Assembly: GCA_039028615.1 (NCBI GenBank)
Contig: JBCCHT010000003.1
Coordinates: 128,001-192,000 of the forward strand
Length of the DNA: 64,000 nt
Direction: 5' to 3'
Origin: Myxococcota bacterium
GTDB lineage: Bacteria; Myxococcota_A; Polyangia; Nannocystales; Nannocystaceae
Under the pieces are notes generated by a model. That model was given only the letters and a program-made list of their open reading frames with translations. It did no database searches and was not told where the DNA came from. The translations under genes and the position numbers were made by a program. The stretch's first letter is position 1. The number at the start of each line of letters is the position of its first letter. This document shows, piece after piece, positions 50,356 through 59,518 of this stretch.

Positions 50356-51902
50356 GCCTCGGACGCGGTCAATCGATCGCGGGGGCGTTCGAGACCGGGG
50401 TCGGCGAGTCATTCTCGGCCGTCGATCCTCGTGATGGGTCGACGCTCGCGGGCTCGTTCCACGAGGCCACCGCCGACCAGATCGATCGGGCGCTCGAGGC
50501 CGCCGCGGCCGCTCATCGGCAGTGGCGGCGGGCTCCGCGAGAGCGTCGGGCTCGGCTTCTCGAAGCCATCGCCGCCGGCCTCGAAGGCCTGGGGGACACG
50601 CTCATCGATCGGGCCAGCGCCGAGAGTGGCTTGCCCAAGGCCCGGATCACGGGCGAGTGCGGACGCACCACCGGGCAGCTGCGGCTGTTTGCCACGGTCG
50701 TGCGCGAGGGCGCCTATCTGCAGGCCCACATCGATCGGGTCGCCCAGGATCTACGTCGCATGGAGATGCCCGTGGGTCCGGTGGTGGTGTTCGGGGCGAG
50801 CAACTTCCCGCTGGCCTTCTCGGTCGCGGGGGGGGACACCGCCTCGGCTCTGGCCGCGGGGTGCCCGGTGGTGGCCAAGGCTCATCCCGCGCACCCCGGT
50901 ACCTCCGAGCTGGTGGCCGAGGTCATCGCCAAGGCGGTGGCCGAGGTCGAGGCCCCGCCGGGGCTGTTCTCGTGCGTGCAGGGCCGCAGCCACACCGTGG
51001 GCGAGCGCTTGGTCATGCATCCGGCCGCGCGAGCGGTGGGCTTCACCGGTTCGCTCGCGGGAGGCCGGGCGCTGTACGCCCTGGCCGCGGGACGACCCGA
51101 GCCGATCCCGGTCTTTGCCGAGATGGGCAGCATCAACCCCGTGGTGTTGTTGCCGGGCGCCTTGGAGCGCGACGCGGTCGGCGAGGCCGAGGGGCTCTTC
51201 GGTTCCTTGACCATGGGGGTGGGGCAGTTCTGCACCAATCCCGGGCTGGTGCTCGTGCTCGCGGGGGCCTCCACCGAGGCGTTCCTGACCAAGTTGACGG
51301 CGCTCGCGACCGAGGCGCAGCCCGCCACCATGCTGCACTCGGGCATCGCTCAGGCCTACACGCGGGGGATCACCTCGTTGGCCGGGGCAGGGGCCAAGGC
51401 GCTGGTCGATACGGCGGTGGTGCAGTCCGACCACGCGGCGGTGCGACCGGTAGTGTGGCGGGTTTCGGCCACCGACCTGTCGACCACGGAGGCGCTGCGT
51501 GAGGAGTGCTTCGGCCCCTCCACCGTCGTCGCCGTCGCCGAAGACCAAGAGCAGCTGCTCGCCGCGGTGCAGTCGCTGTCCGGTCAGCTCAGCGCGACCC
51601 TTCATGCGACCGAGGCCGATCAGGCGCTGGTCGACACGCTGCTGCCCGAGCTGGAAGAGCGGGCGGGGCGGGTGCTCTTTGGCGGCATGCCCACGGGGGT
51701 CGCGGTGGTGTCCGCCATGCAGCACGGCGGGCCCTGGCCCGCGAGCTCGGACGCCCGCTTCACCTCGGTGGGCACGGGCGCCATCGCTCGCTTTACGCGT
51801 CCCGTGTGTTGGCAGGACGCCCCCGCTGCTCAGCTCCCGGTCGAGCTGCGCGACGAGAACCCGGGCATCCCCCGACGCGTCGACGGCAAGCCCGAGGCGT
51901 AG
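50352..51902 (+). CDS. NADP-dependent aldehyde dehydrogenase, alpha-ketoglutaric semialdehyde dehydrogenase type
   Basis: FGASNFPLAFSVAGGDTASALAAG, EMGSINP, GQFCTNPG, HGGPWPAS. Confidence 0.9.
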   Translation: MSLGRGQSIAGAFETGVGESFSAVDPRDGSTLAGSFHEATADQIDRALEAAAAAHRQWRRAPRERRARLLEAIAAGLEGLGDTLIDRASAESGLPKARITGECGRTTGQLRLFATVVREGAYLQAHIDRVAQDLRRMEMPVGPVVVFGASNFPLAFSVAGGDTASALAAGCPVVAKAHPAHPGTSELVAEVIAKAVAEVEAPPGLFSCVQGRSHTVGERLVMHPAARAVGFTGSLAGGRALYALAAGRPEPIPVFAEMGSINPVVLLPGALERDAVGEAEGLFGSLTMGVGQFCTNPGLVLVLAGASTEAFLTKLTALATEAQPATMLHSGIAQAYTRGITSLAGAGAKALVDTAVVQSDHAAVRPVVWRVSATDLSTTEALREECFGPSTVVAVAEDQEQLLAAVQSLSGQLSATLHATEADQALVDTLLPELEERAGRVLFGGMPTGVAVVSAMQHGGPWPASSDARFTSVGTGAIARFTRPVCWQDAPAAQLPVELRDENPGIPRRVDGKPEA

Positions 51903-51921
51903 TCCGAAGATTGGCCACGGC

Positions 51922-51972
51922 TCCCTGTCCTTCGTCGATCGCGAGATCGGCGGGGGGCAGGGATTCGTTTTT
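51922..51972 (+). terminator. Intrinsic terminator of the hydroxyproline operon
   Basis: Long stem with GCGA tetraloop followed by TTCGTTTTT. Confidence 0.75.
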
Positions 51973-51989
51973 CGAGGGAGCGCCGAGCC

Positions 51990-53000
51990 TCACTCGCAGT
52001 CGTAGGTGATCTCGGGGACGCTCGAGCGGTCGTAGACCAGGTGGGCCGAGAAATTGAAGTCGGCGCCTTCGACCACGACGTGCAACTCGCCGTCCATGGT
52101 GCGCCCGCTCGTGAGCTTGAGATCAACCTCGGTCACGCGAAGCTCCTGCTCGAGGTCATCGCGGACGGCACTGAGCTCGAGATCCAGGGGTACCCGGCGC
52201 GTGTTGGAGTACAGGCCGTCGGCCTCGATCCCGGACAGCTCGACGTTGGAGTTCACCGTCGCCACCGTGGGCTGCGCGTCGTGATGGACGATGGCATCCA
52301 CCCGCAGCTCGGTCAGCTCGTAGCCCAGGTCCTCCCAGTCGTCGCTGCCCTCGTCGAGGGTGAGCACCTCTGGCGGTTGCGGGCCGTAGCCCAGCAGCTC
52401 GGCCAGGGGTCCGGGCCCGTCGTGGCGGAGTCGGACGCGGCGCGTGCCGTCGGAGTTGTCGGTGATGACGACCCGAGGATCGAGCAAGTAGGTCTCGAGG
52501 TCGAAGAGGTCCTGGGTCAGCAGGGCGCCGTCGGGCGCGAACTCGAAGGGCCGGGTCGTACGGAACTGAGCCTCGAAACGACTCGAGGGCGACGAGGGGT
52601 CCGCCTGGTAGCGGTAGGTGCCCTCGCCGTCGCTGCTGAACTGCTCGGGGAGCGCATGGTGGTCGGGATCGAGCACCATGGCGTAGAGCCCTTCGGTCAG
52701 GCCCCGGGAGAGGGTGCCGACCTGACCGACGAGCAACGCCAAGTCCCGGTTGCTCGACACTACGTCATCGACGATGGCGATGCGTTCGCGTCGCTCGCTC
52801 TCGCTGAGGTGTGATGCGCAGCGATCGAGACTCTCCAGGCCTACGTCGGGTTCTTCATCCGGGTTCCAGTCGTCGCCGCCATCGCCGGAGTCGTCACCGC
52901 AACCCCCCAGGCAACGGGGGAAACAACCGGCGCTGGGCAAGCAGAGGGCGGCGAGCACGGCCGCGGTGGCCAGGGAGTGGGGCAGGTCGACAGAGGCCAT
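51990..53000 (-). CDS. Hypothetical lipoprotein, paralog of 53027..54010
   Basis: LPSAGC lipobox; GEGTYRY, YLLDP, GPGPLAELLGYGP. Confidence 0.8.
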   Translation of the reverse strand: MASVDLPHSLATAAVLAALCLPSAGCFPRCLGGCGDDSGDGGDDWNPDEEPDVGLESLDRCASHLSESERRERIAIVDDVVSSNRDLALLVGQVGTLSRGLTEGLYAMVLDPDHHALPEQFSSDGEGTYRYQADPSSPSSRFEAQFRTTRPFEFAPDGALLTQDLFDLETYLLDPRVVITDNSDGTRRVRLRHDGPGPLAELLGYGPQPPEVLTLDEGSDDWEDLGYELTELRVDAIVHHDAQPTVATVNSNVELSGIEADGLYSNTRRVPLDLELSAVRDDLEQELRVTEVDLKLTSGRTMDGELHVVVEGADFNFSAHLVYDRSSVPEITYDCE

Positions 53001-53026
53001 GGTGAACTTTGAAAAAGAGGGGCGAG

Positions 53027-54010
53027 CTAGCGGTGACAGGTGATGGTGCGCAGCGGTACGTCGAGCCCCGCTTGGAGCATGGGGTACTCGAGGTGCACGG
53101 AGACCTGGGCCTCGTCGCCGGGGATGACGGCATTGATGGTCCCGATCGTCGCGTGGTAGCCGAGGCTCCATTCCATGTCCCAGGCCTCGATCTCGAGCTG
53201 CAGGCCGTGGGCTTCGTGGGTCGCGGTGGAGTCGAGCAGCTCGAAGGTCACCGGGAGGTCCACGCCGATGGTCTCGGCGAGCAGGGGCTCGGTCAGGGCG
53301 TCGTAGGTGACGGAAAGATCGCCCGTGGTGTGTGCGGCGCTCATGGCCGCCCGCACCTCGAGCTGGCGAAAGCCGTGCTCGAGGTCGGAGATCTCGGCCG
53401 TGGTGAGCACGAGCGGATTGGGTGGGTTCGGGCCGTACCCGAGCAGCTCCACCAGAGGGCCGGGGCCGGCGTACTCGATCGACAGGCTCGCCGGATTCTC
53501 CTCGTCGGGTTCGAGCAGGCTGGGTTGGGGGTCGAGCAGGTAGCTGCTCATCACGAACAGGTTGTGCGTGATGCGGTCGCCGGGACCCCCAAACTGGAAG
53601 TTCTCGGTCAGGTAGACCTCGATGTCCGTGGTGCTCCTCGGCGCGGCGAAGCGATAGCGGCCCTCGCCTTCGTAGGTGAGATGAGCGGGCAGGGTGTCGT
53701 GGTCGTGACGGGCTCGACCCTTGGCGCCGTCGATCAATGGGACGCGCATGTCCTGCAGCGCGCCGCCGGCCCACTCGAGATCGTCGACCGCCTGCACGAG
53801 CTGCTCGACCAGCGCTTCGCGGGCGGCAAGCTCATCGGGCTCGAACAGATCCTCGCAGGCGATCGTTGGGACGCCCGTCCCCGAGTCCTCGACGCTGCCC
53901 GTGGTGTCGGTGGCGTCGACGCGATCGGACCCGCCCAAGGGCCCCAACAGACACCCCGGCAGGAGCGGAAGCGCGATAGCCGCAGTCAGGAAAAGGCCTA
54001 GGCGAGCCAT
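53027..54010 (-). CDS. Hypothetical lipoprotein, paralog of 51990..53000
   Basis: LLPGC lipobox; GEGRYRF, YLLDP, GPGPLVELLGYGP. Confidence 0.8.
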   Translation of the reverse strand: MARLGLFLTAAIALPLLPGCLLGPLGGSDRVDATDTTGSVEDSGTGVPTIACEDLFEPDELAAREALVEQLVQAVDDLEWAGGALQDMRVPLIDGAKGRARHDHDTLPAHLTYEGEGRYRFAAPRSTTDIEVYLTENFQFGGPGDRITHNLFVMSSYLLDPQPSLLEPDEENPASLSIEYAGPGPLVELLGYGPNPPNPLVLTTAEISDLEHGFRQLEVRAAMSAAHTTGDLSVTYDALTEPLLAETIGVDLPVTFELLDSTATHEAHGLQLEIEAWDMEWSLGYHATIGTINAVIPGDEAQVSVHLEYPMLQAGLDVPLRTITCHR

Positions 54011-54160
54011 GCGAGCGGGTAGTGCCGGCCCCAGAGCAAACGATCAACCGCCGCGAGCTTTTGTGAGCCCTTGGGGACAGCTCACCGAGGAGCCGTTCTT
54101 TTTTGACAACGCGAAACAATCTCCGTCGGATTTGTCGGCGGGCCGGCCTAGAGCCGATTG

Positions 54161-54349
54161 ATGTCACTGCCCCTGCGCCACGCTCTCGCCGCTTCTCCCC
54201 TCGCGCTCGCACTGTGGACGGCCTTCCCCTCGGTCGCCCACGCCCGCCGCGGCTTCCCGCTGTTCATCCTCATCAGCGACAACCCGTTCCTCATGGTCCT
54301 CGGACTCGTGCTGTTCGGGGTCTGGGCGTATTTCCGCTTCGCCGACTGA
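54161..54349 (+). CDS. Small membrane protein
   Basis: Signal-like AHA motif plus C-terminal TM helix; GC3-biased codons. Confidence 0.5.
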   Translation: MSLPLRHALAASPLALALWTAFPSVAHARRGFPLFILISDNPFLMVLGLVLFGVWAYFRFAD

Positions 54350-54425
54350 CGGGTCCGTAAACGCCCCCAGCGGCGCCCGGCCCGTACCTTTACGCCCGGG
54401 GCCATCGCGGGCATGGTGGCCGCCC

Positions 54426-54995
54426 ATGGACGACGGAGCACTCCTGCAGGCCTGGTGCGACGGCGACGATGCGGCCGGCGACCAGCTGCTGCAGAGCGTC
54501 TTCCCTCGCGTCTACCGGTTTTTGTTCAACAAGCTCGGCGACGACACCAGCGAGGTGCTCCAGCAGACGATGCTGGCCTGCGTGGAGCACCGCGAGCAGA
54601 TGCGGGACTGCGTCAACTTCGACGCGTACCTGCTTCGGATGGCTCGCAACAAGCTCTACGACTTCTTGCGCAAGCGGCATCGCTCGCGCGAGGAGCTGCC
54701 CGGCGAGCTGCCCTCGGTGCAGTCGATGGGCACCTCGCCCGCGAGCCTCATGGGTCGGCAGGCCCGCGAGGCCCAGGTGCTCACTACCCTGCGCTCGCTC
54801 CCGCTCGAGCTCCAAGTCGTGCTCGAGCTGTTCTACTGGAGCGAGCTTTCGACCCGCGAGATCGCCGACGTGATCGAGACGCCCGTGGGTACGGTGAAGA
54901 GTCGGCTCCGACGCGCGCGCGAGCAGTTCGAGGCCAAGCTCGAAGAGCCCGAGGGCGCGGCGTTGCTCGAGCTTCTGTCGACGGTTCGGCCCTGA
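54426..54995 (+). CDS. ECF sigma-70 factor
   Basis: LLQAWCDGD, RFLFNK, QQTMLAC, LELFYW.EL, P.GTVKSRLRRAR. Confidence 0.9.
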   Translation: MDDGALLQAWCDGDDAAGDQLLQSVFPRVYRFLFNKLGDDTSEVLQQTMLACVEHREQMRDCVNFDAYLLRMARNKLYDFLRKRHRSREELPGELPSVQSMGTSPASLMGRQAREAQVLTTLRSLPLELQVVLELFYWSELSTREIADVIETPVGTVKSRLRRAREQFEAKLEEPEGAALLELLSTVRP

Positions 54996-55140
54996 GGCCC
55001 GAGCACTCGCGAAAACGCAGCGGGCGGAGATCTTCCGCTCGCGATTTGTGGCTGCCCGGGTGATCCGCACGGCGCCGGGGGGGAACGGGAGCAACGAGGC
55101 CGGGATCGATCCCGTCGCCTCGTTCTTGCCGGAGCCCGCC

Positions 55141-58100
55141 ATGCACAAGACGATCGCCCTGTTGTTTCCGATATTGACCGCGTGTGCGCTCGATGCCGCC
55201 GCCCCCGTCGAGCTGGTCCCCGAAGATTCGGCTGACCCGCGCGAACCCGAGGCCGGCGACACGCTCGCCGCCGCGCCCGACACCCAGGAGTTTTGTGTGG
55301 CGAACTGCAGCCCGATGGCCGACACCGTGGCCGCGTTCGCCGTACGCAACCAGCAAAGCGTGGGCTGTGCCAACTTCGGCGCCCGCTACTTCAACTACGA
55401 GGATGAACATTTCCGCCGCGCCCAAGACTCTCGTGGCCCCGACTTCAACAGCTCTTTGGAGGACTGCCTCGACGGCTACTACGCCAGCTATCCGATGTGG
55501 TCCAGCGAGGACCAAGAGCGCTTCGGCCCCGTCCCGAACTCGGCGATTCGCTTCCTGAGTTCCAGCTCGATGGTCGAGCCCGTGCGGCTGACCTTCAACG
55601 GCCAGTTCGACGTCCAGGCCTGTAACGTCGAGATCCAGCCCCTCGTCGACGGCGAGCGGTTCGGCAAGCCCTTCATGATCTCCTCGAACGCGCGGCTTCA
55701 GACCGTGGCGTATTCGTGGTTCGTGCCCGTGGGCGAGGGGATGCACACCGCGTCGTTCCAGTGGAGCACGGATGGGTGCCCCGAAGGCAGCGGCCCGACG
55801 CTGCGCAACGTCACCGTGCTCGCCGAAGCGGCGGCCCGTACCGCGGTCGGCGATGCGATGGCATCGACCGCCGTGGACAAGAACCCTCTGTTCGTCTCCC
55901 AGCCGGAAGGCGGGGACTCGGGCTGGGTCGACCTGCCCCTCGACCTCGATCCGCTGGGCATCGTGCTCGAGCAGGCGGGTCCGCTGGCCATCGAGCTGAG
56001 CGGCCTGTGGAAGACTCACGACGAGATGTTCGTCGAGGCTCGCGCCCTGGTCGACGGCATGGTGATCGGCGAGCTGACCCTGGTCGATCAGGATCTGGAC
56101 GAGAGCAGCCCCTTCGTCGGCGAGCTGGCGGTGACCCGCCCCCGCACGGTGACCTTCGTCGACGACTCGGTGTCCGCCGGGCAGCACGACATCGAGGTCC
56201 AGGTACGGATGGTCAACTACGGCAACGATGGCAACAAGGAGTTCGCGCTGGCCGACGCCCACGTCTCGGCGATCGCTCGCAGCTCGCCCCACGTGCCCAT
56301 GGCCGTCGAGAGCTTCGCTCCCGCCACGCCGCTCGACTCGACCACGTGGGTGGAGCTTCCCCAGCCGAACACGACGCTGGTGATGCCCGTGGGCGGTGAG
56401 CTCATCGCGACCGCGACCCTCGACATCAGCCAGGACTATCCCGATCCGGGCGGCATCCCCTACGGGCCCACCGCCAACATCGAGGTCGCGCCCGTGATCG
56501 ACGGGGTGATTCGCGAGGAGCTGGCCGTGCGCTACTCCGGGCCGCGATTCGAGCGGGACAGCAACCAGTGGACCTTCTCCATCAAGGACGTGCCCGCCGA
56601 GCCCAAGTCGGTGGGCCTGGCCTATCGACGCACGGTGGGTGAGCTCGGCACCGTGGTGCTCGAGCGCGGCACGCTGGTGGTGGAAGGGCACGCGTTCGTC
56701 GGCCCGGACCTCGGTCTCGGCCCGCGGATCGGCCACGGGTCGATGCCCAAGCCCGGCCGACCCCCGCGTCGCGACTCTCGGCTCGAGCCGGGCCCCGTGG
56801 GCGAGAACTACCCGCTGCTGGCGGTGCTCTTCGACGACAAGCGCACCACGTGCGACGGTCCCAACCCGGTGGGTCCGGACTTCAACAACGGCCCGTGGGC
56901 GAACTGCGTGGGTGCAGGGCAGCCCAATCACCCCACGGCCACCGCCTTCGACCTGTGGATGCTGCTGTATCGCGATCCGACCAACGTGGCCGGCTACCTG
57001 GAGGCGGCCAACCGGGGCGTCGCCGAGCTGACCGACATCGGCGTCTACGACGTCGCGACCGCCAACGCCCCCGCGCCCGACTCGAGCAACGACTACACCA
57101 TCCAGGGGTGTACCTGCGGGCTGGGGTCCGACCCGCAGTATGTCTCGGCGCGCCAGCGGATCATCGCCGAGGCGATCCTCGGGGCCAAGGACCAGGGCAA
57201 CCTCGACTACTCCGACTTCGACCACAACGGCGACGGCGCGCTGAGTCCCGACGAACTCAATATCTTCGTGGTCACCCCGGAGAGCGACTTCATTACTGGC
57301 TCGCGAGCGCAGGCGATCCCCGCGGCGATCCGGCCGCTGTGCAAGGACTACGACACCACCCCGAGCTGCGATGGATCCGAGATGCTCGTCATCGACGGGG
57401 TGACCTTCGAAAACGTGGTCGTCTGGCGCGGAGACATCTCGGCCCCGCGCAACCTCGAGGACGCCTACATCGCCACGCACGAGCTGCTGCACGTCATCGA
57501 GAGCATGGACGACGCGTACGTCTCGGGGCTGCCCAACTCCGATCCGGGCGTCTTGGACATCATGTCCTCGAACTCCGTGGCGGGGAATGGGCTCGCCGAT
57601 TCGTTCCAGCGGCCGTCGGGGGTCACCGCGCTCGCCGAGGGCTGGGTCGATCCCCTCTATCCCGAGGAGGGCGATGGGCTCTACACGCTCGAGGACGTGG
57701 CGTTCGGCAACCAGGTGATGATCCTGCCGCGCCTCGATGGGCCGACCCGCGAGTACTTCCTGCTCGAGGTGCGCCAGGATCGGCCGCCCACCGTCGACCT
57801 GGACGCGTACGACTACAACCTCAACGACAGCGGCCTTGCGATCTGGCACGTGATCGAGCCGAGCGACGAGTGCGTCGACGACGACTGGAGCGACTGCGAG
57901 GCGACCTTCCCCGAGTTCTGCCCGATGGACGGCTGGAGCTTCTACTCCGACGACAGCTACGCCCGCTACATCGCGCGGATCATTCAGCCCAACCTCACCT
58001 ACGAGACCAACACGATGCGAGGGACGCAGATGACCCCGGAGCTGCGGCTGTGGAGCGCCGCGGGACAGTCGGTGTCCGGCGTCCCCGGTAGCGGCCTCTG

Positions 58101-58248
58101 CCCGGGTGGATCGATCAACGACCAGAGCACGGGGGTGCCCGAGCTGCAGTGGTCGGATGGCAGCCCCGCGCCCTATACCTTGTCGAACTTCGTGTACGAC
58201 CAGACCATGGGCACGGTGAGTTTCGAGCTGCTGGCGCCGAACTTCTAG
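55141..58248 (+). CDS. Large lipoprotein with C-terminal M6 (immune inhibitor A)-like metalloprotease domain
   Basis: ILTAC lipobox; DFDHNGDG, THELLH, DIMS, EYFLLEVRQ, SGLAIWHV. Confidence 0.78.
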   Translation: MHKTIALLFPILTACALDAAAPVELVPEDSADPREPEAGDTLAAAPDTQEFCVANCSPMADTVAAFAVRNQQSVGCANFGARYFNYEDEHFRRAQDSRGPDFNSSLEDCLDGYYASYPMWSSEDQERFGPVPNSAIRFLSSSSMVEPVRLTFNGQFDVQACNVEIQPLVDGERFGKPFMISSNARLQTVAYSWFVPVGEGMHTASFQWSTDGCPEGSGPTLRNVTVLAEAAARTAVGDAMASTAVDKNPLFVSQPEGGDSGWVDLPLDLDPLGIVLEQAGPLAIELSGLWKTHDEMFVEARALVDGMVIGELTLVDQDLDESSPFVGELAVTRPRTVTFVDDSVSAGQHDIEVQVRMVNYGNDGNKEFALADAHVSAIARSSPHVPMAVESFAPATPLDSTTWVELPQPNTTLVMPVGGELIATATLDISQDYPDPGGIPYGPTANIEVAPVIDGVIREELAVRYSGPRFERDSNQWTFSIKDVPAEPKSVGLAYRRTVGELGTVVLERGTLVVEGHAFVGPDLGLGPRIGHGSMPKPGRPPRRDSRLEPGPVGENYPLLAVLFDDKRTTCDGPNPVGPDFNNGPWANCVGAGQPNHPTATAFDLWMLLYRDPTNVAGYLEAANRGVAELTDIGVYDVATANAPAPDSSNDYTIQGCTCGLGSDPQYVSARQRIIAEAILGAKDQGNLDYSDFDHNGDGALSPDELNIFVVTPESDFITGSRAQAIPAAIRPLCKDYDTTPSCDGSEMLVIDGVTFENVVVWRGDISAPRNLEDAYIATHELLHVIESMDDAYVSGLPNSDPGVLDIMSSNSVAGNGLADSFQRPSGVTALAEGWVDPLYPEEGDGLYTLEDVAFGNQVMILPRLDGPTREYFLLEVRQDRPPTVDLDAYDYNLNDSGLAIWHVIEPSDECVDDDWSDCEATFPEFCPMDGWSFYSDDSYARYIARIIQPNLTYETNTMRGTQMTPELRLWSAAGQSVSGVPGSGLCPGGSINDQSTGVPELQWSDGSPAPYTLSNFVYDQTMGTVSFELLAPNF

Positions 58249-58275
58249 CGCTGCGGCGGTCGCCGAGCGACCGTG

Positions 58276-58315
58276 GCCCTCGCGTTGCCCTTCGGCGGCG
58301 CGAGGGCTTTGTATT
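58276..58315 (+). terminator. Intrinsic terminator
   Basis: GCCCTCGCGTTGCC-CTTC-GGCGGCGCGAGGGC followed by TTTGTATT. Confidence 0.7.
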
Positions 58316-58330
58316 GGGTGTAGCTTGGAT

Positions 58331-58362
58331 TGCAATGTGATTGCACTTGCATTTTGATTGCG
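58331..58362. promoter_or_regulatory. Tandem Fur-family-like operator
   Basis: TGCAAT-GTG-ATTGCA (58331-58345) and imperfect TGCATT-TTG-ATTGCG (58348-58362), AT-rich, just before ATG 58376. Confidence 0.6.
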
Positions 58363-58375
58363 TTAGCGTTCGCGC

Positions 58376-59518
58376 ATGTCGAAGCTCGACTGGGTCGTCG
58401 TCGGGGGTGGTCCCCACGGGGTCTGTACCGCGCGGGCGCTGCAGGCCACGGGAGCCGACGTGCGCATCGTCGATCCCAGCGGGTCGCTGCTGCATCGCTG
58501 GTCCAGCCGGGCGGAGGCGGTCGCCATGACCTGGATGCGATCGCCGGTCAGCCACCACCTCGACCAGCACCCCACCGAGCTCCACCACTTCTTGCACGGC
58601 CGCGAAAACGCCGACGTGGCGAACTTGGCTCGCCCGTACCTGCGTCCGATGCACGCCGCGTTTCTCCGGCAGACGCAGCACCTCATCGCCCGCGACCGCC
58701 TGCAGGAGGCCGTCGTTGCCGGCCGGGTCGAGTCTCTGCACGAGGACGGAGGCAACCTCGTGGTCGAGGGGCCAGGGGTCTCGCTCCGAACGCGTCGCGT
58801 GCTCGTGGCCACCGGCTCCAACCAAATGCGGATCCCGGACTGGGCGCGACGCCTCCGAAACGAGGGGGCCACCGCCGGTCACGTATTCGAGGCCGACGCC
58901 GAACTCTCGACGGACATCGTCGGCGGAGGCATCTCGGCCGTACAGCGGGCCATCGAGGTCTGGCGGCGGACCAAGGAGACCGTGCGGCTGTGGGTGCGTC
59001 GCCCCATCCAGGTCGCCGAGTTCGACTACGATCAGTCGCTGGCGCGGGCCCGGTTCGTCCGTCGCTGGTCGCGGCAGGACGAGGCGCAGCGGCTGAACTT
59101 CCTGGACAAACACAGCGCCCGAGGGAGCGTGCCTCCCGGGCTGTGGGGGCGCTTGTCCAACGCGATGCGGCGGGGGCGGGTACGCCTCCATCAGGGAGCG
59201 TTGCGAGTCGAGCGACCGGACGCGAGCGGGCGGCTCATCCTCACCGGGGCCGAGGGATCGGTGGAGTCGAACGGGCTGACGTTGGCCACTGGCTTCGAAC
59301 CCGAGGCGATCGGCGGCTGGCTCCGTACGTGCGCCGACCGGCTGGGGCTGGCCGTGCGAGGGGGCCTCCCCCGCCTCGAGGACGACATGCACTGGGGTCG
59401 CGGCGTCTATGTGTGCGGCCCGCTGGCGCGCCTGCGCTTGGGGCCGATCGCGGGCAACCTCGTGGGGGCGCGCTGGGCCGCGTCATTGCTCCCCGGCGTC
59501 CGCATGCAGCCCTACTGA
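58376..59518 (+). CDS. FAD/NAD(P)-binding oxidoreductase (lysine monooxygenase-like fold)
   Basis: VVGGGPHG, MRSPVSHHLD, VATG, VGGGISA, LATGF, LGP.A.NL.GAR. Confidence 0.85.
   Translation: MSKLDWVVVGGGPHGVCTARALQATGADVRIVDPSGSLLHRWSSRAEAVAMTWMRSPVSHHLDQHPTELHHFLHGRENADVANLARPYLRPMHAAFLRQTQHLIARDRLQEAVVAGRVESLHEDGGNLVVEGPGVSLRTRRVLVATGSNQMRIPDWARRLRNEGATAGHVFEADAELSTDIVGGGISAVQRAIEVWRRTKETVRLWVRRPIQVAEFDYDQSLARARFVRRWSRQDEAQRLNFLDKHSARGSVPPGLWGRLSNAMRRGRVRLHQGALRVERPDASGRLILTGAEGSVESNGLTLATGFEPEAIGGWLRTCADRLGLAVRGGLPRLEDDMHWGRGVYVCGPLARLRLGPIAGNLVGARWAASLLPGVRMQPY

Noticed and set aside
49542..51902. Extended ORF calls (also 18145..19497, 27416..29080, 51990..53774, 59483..63049)
   Set aside because: Upstream extensions overlap real genes; internal starts give proper coupling, lipoboxes or promoter fit
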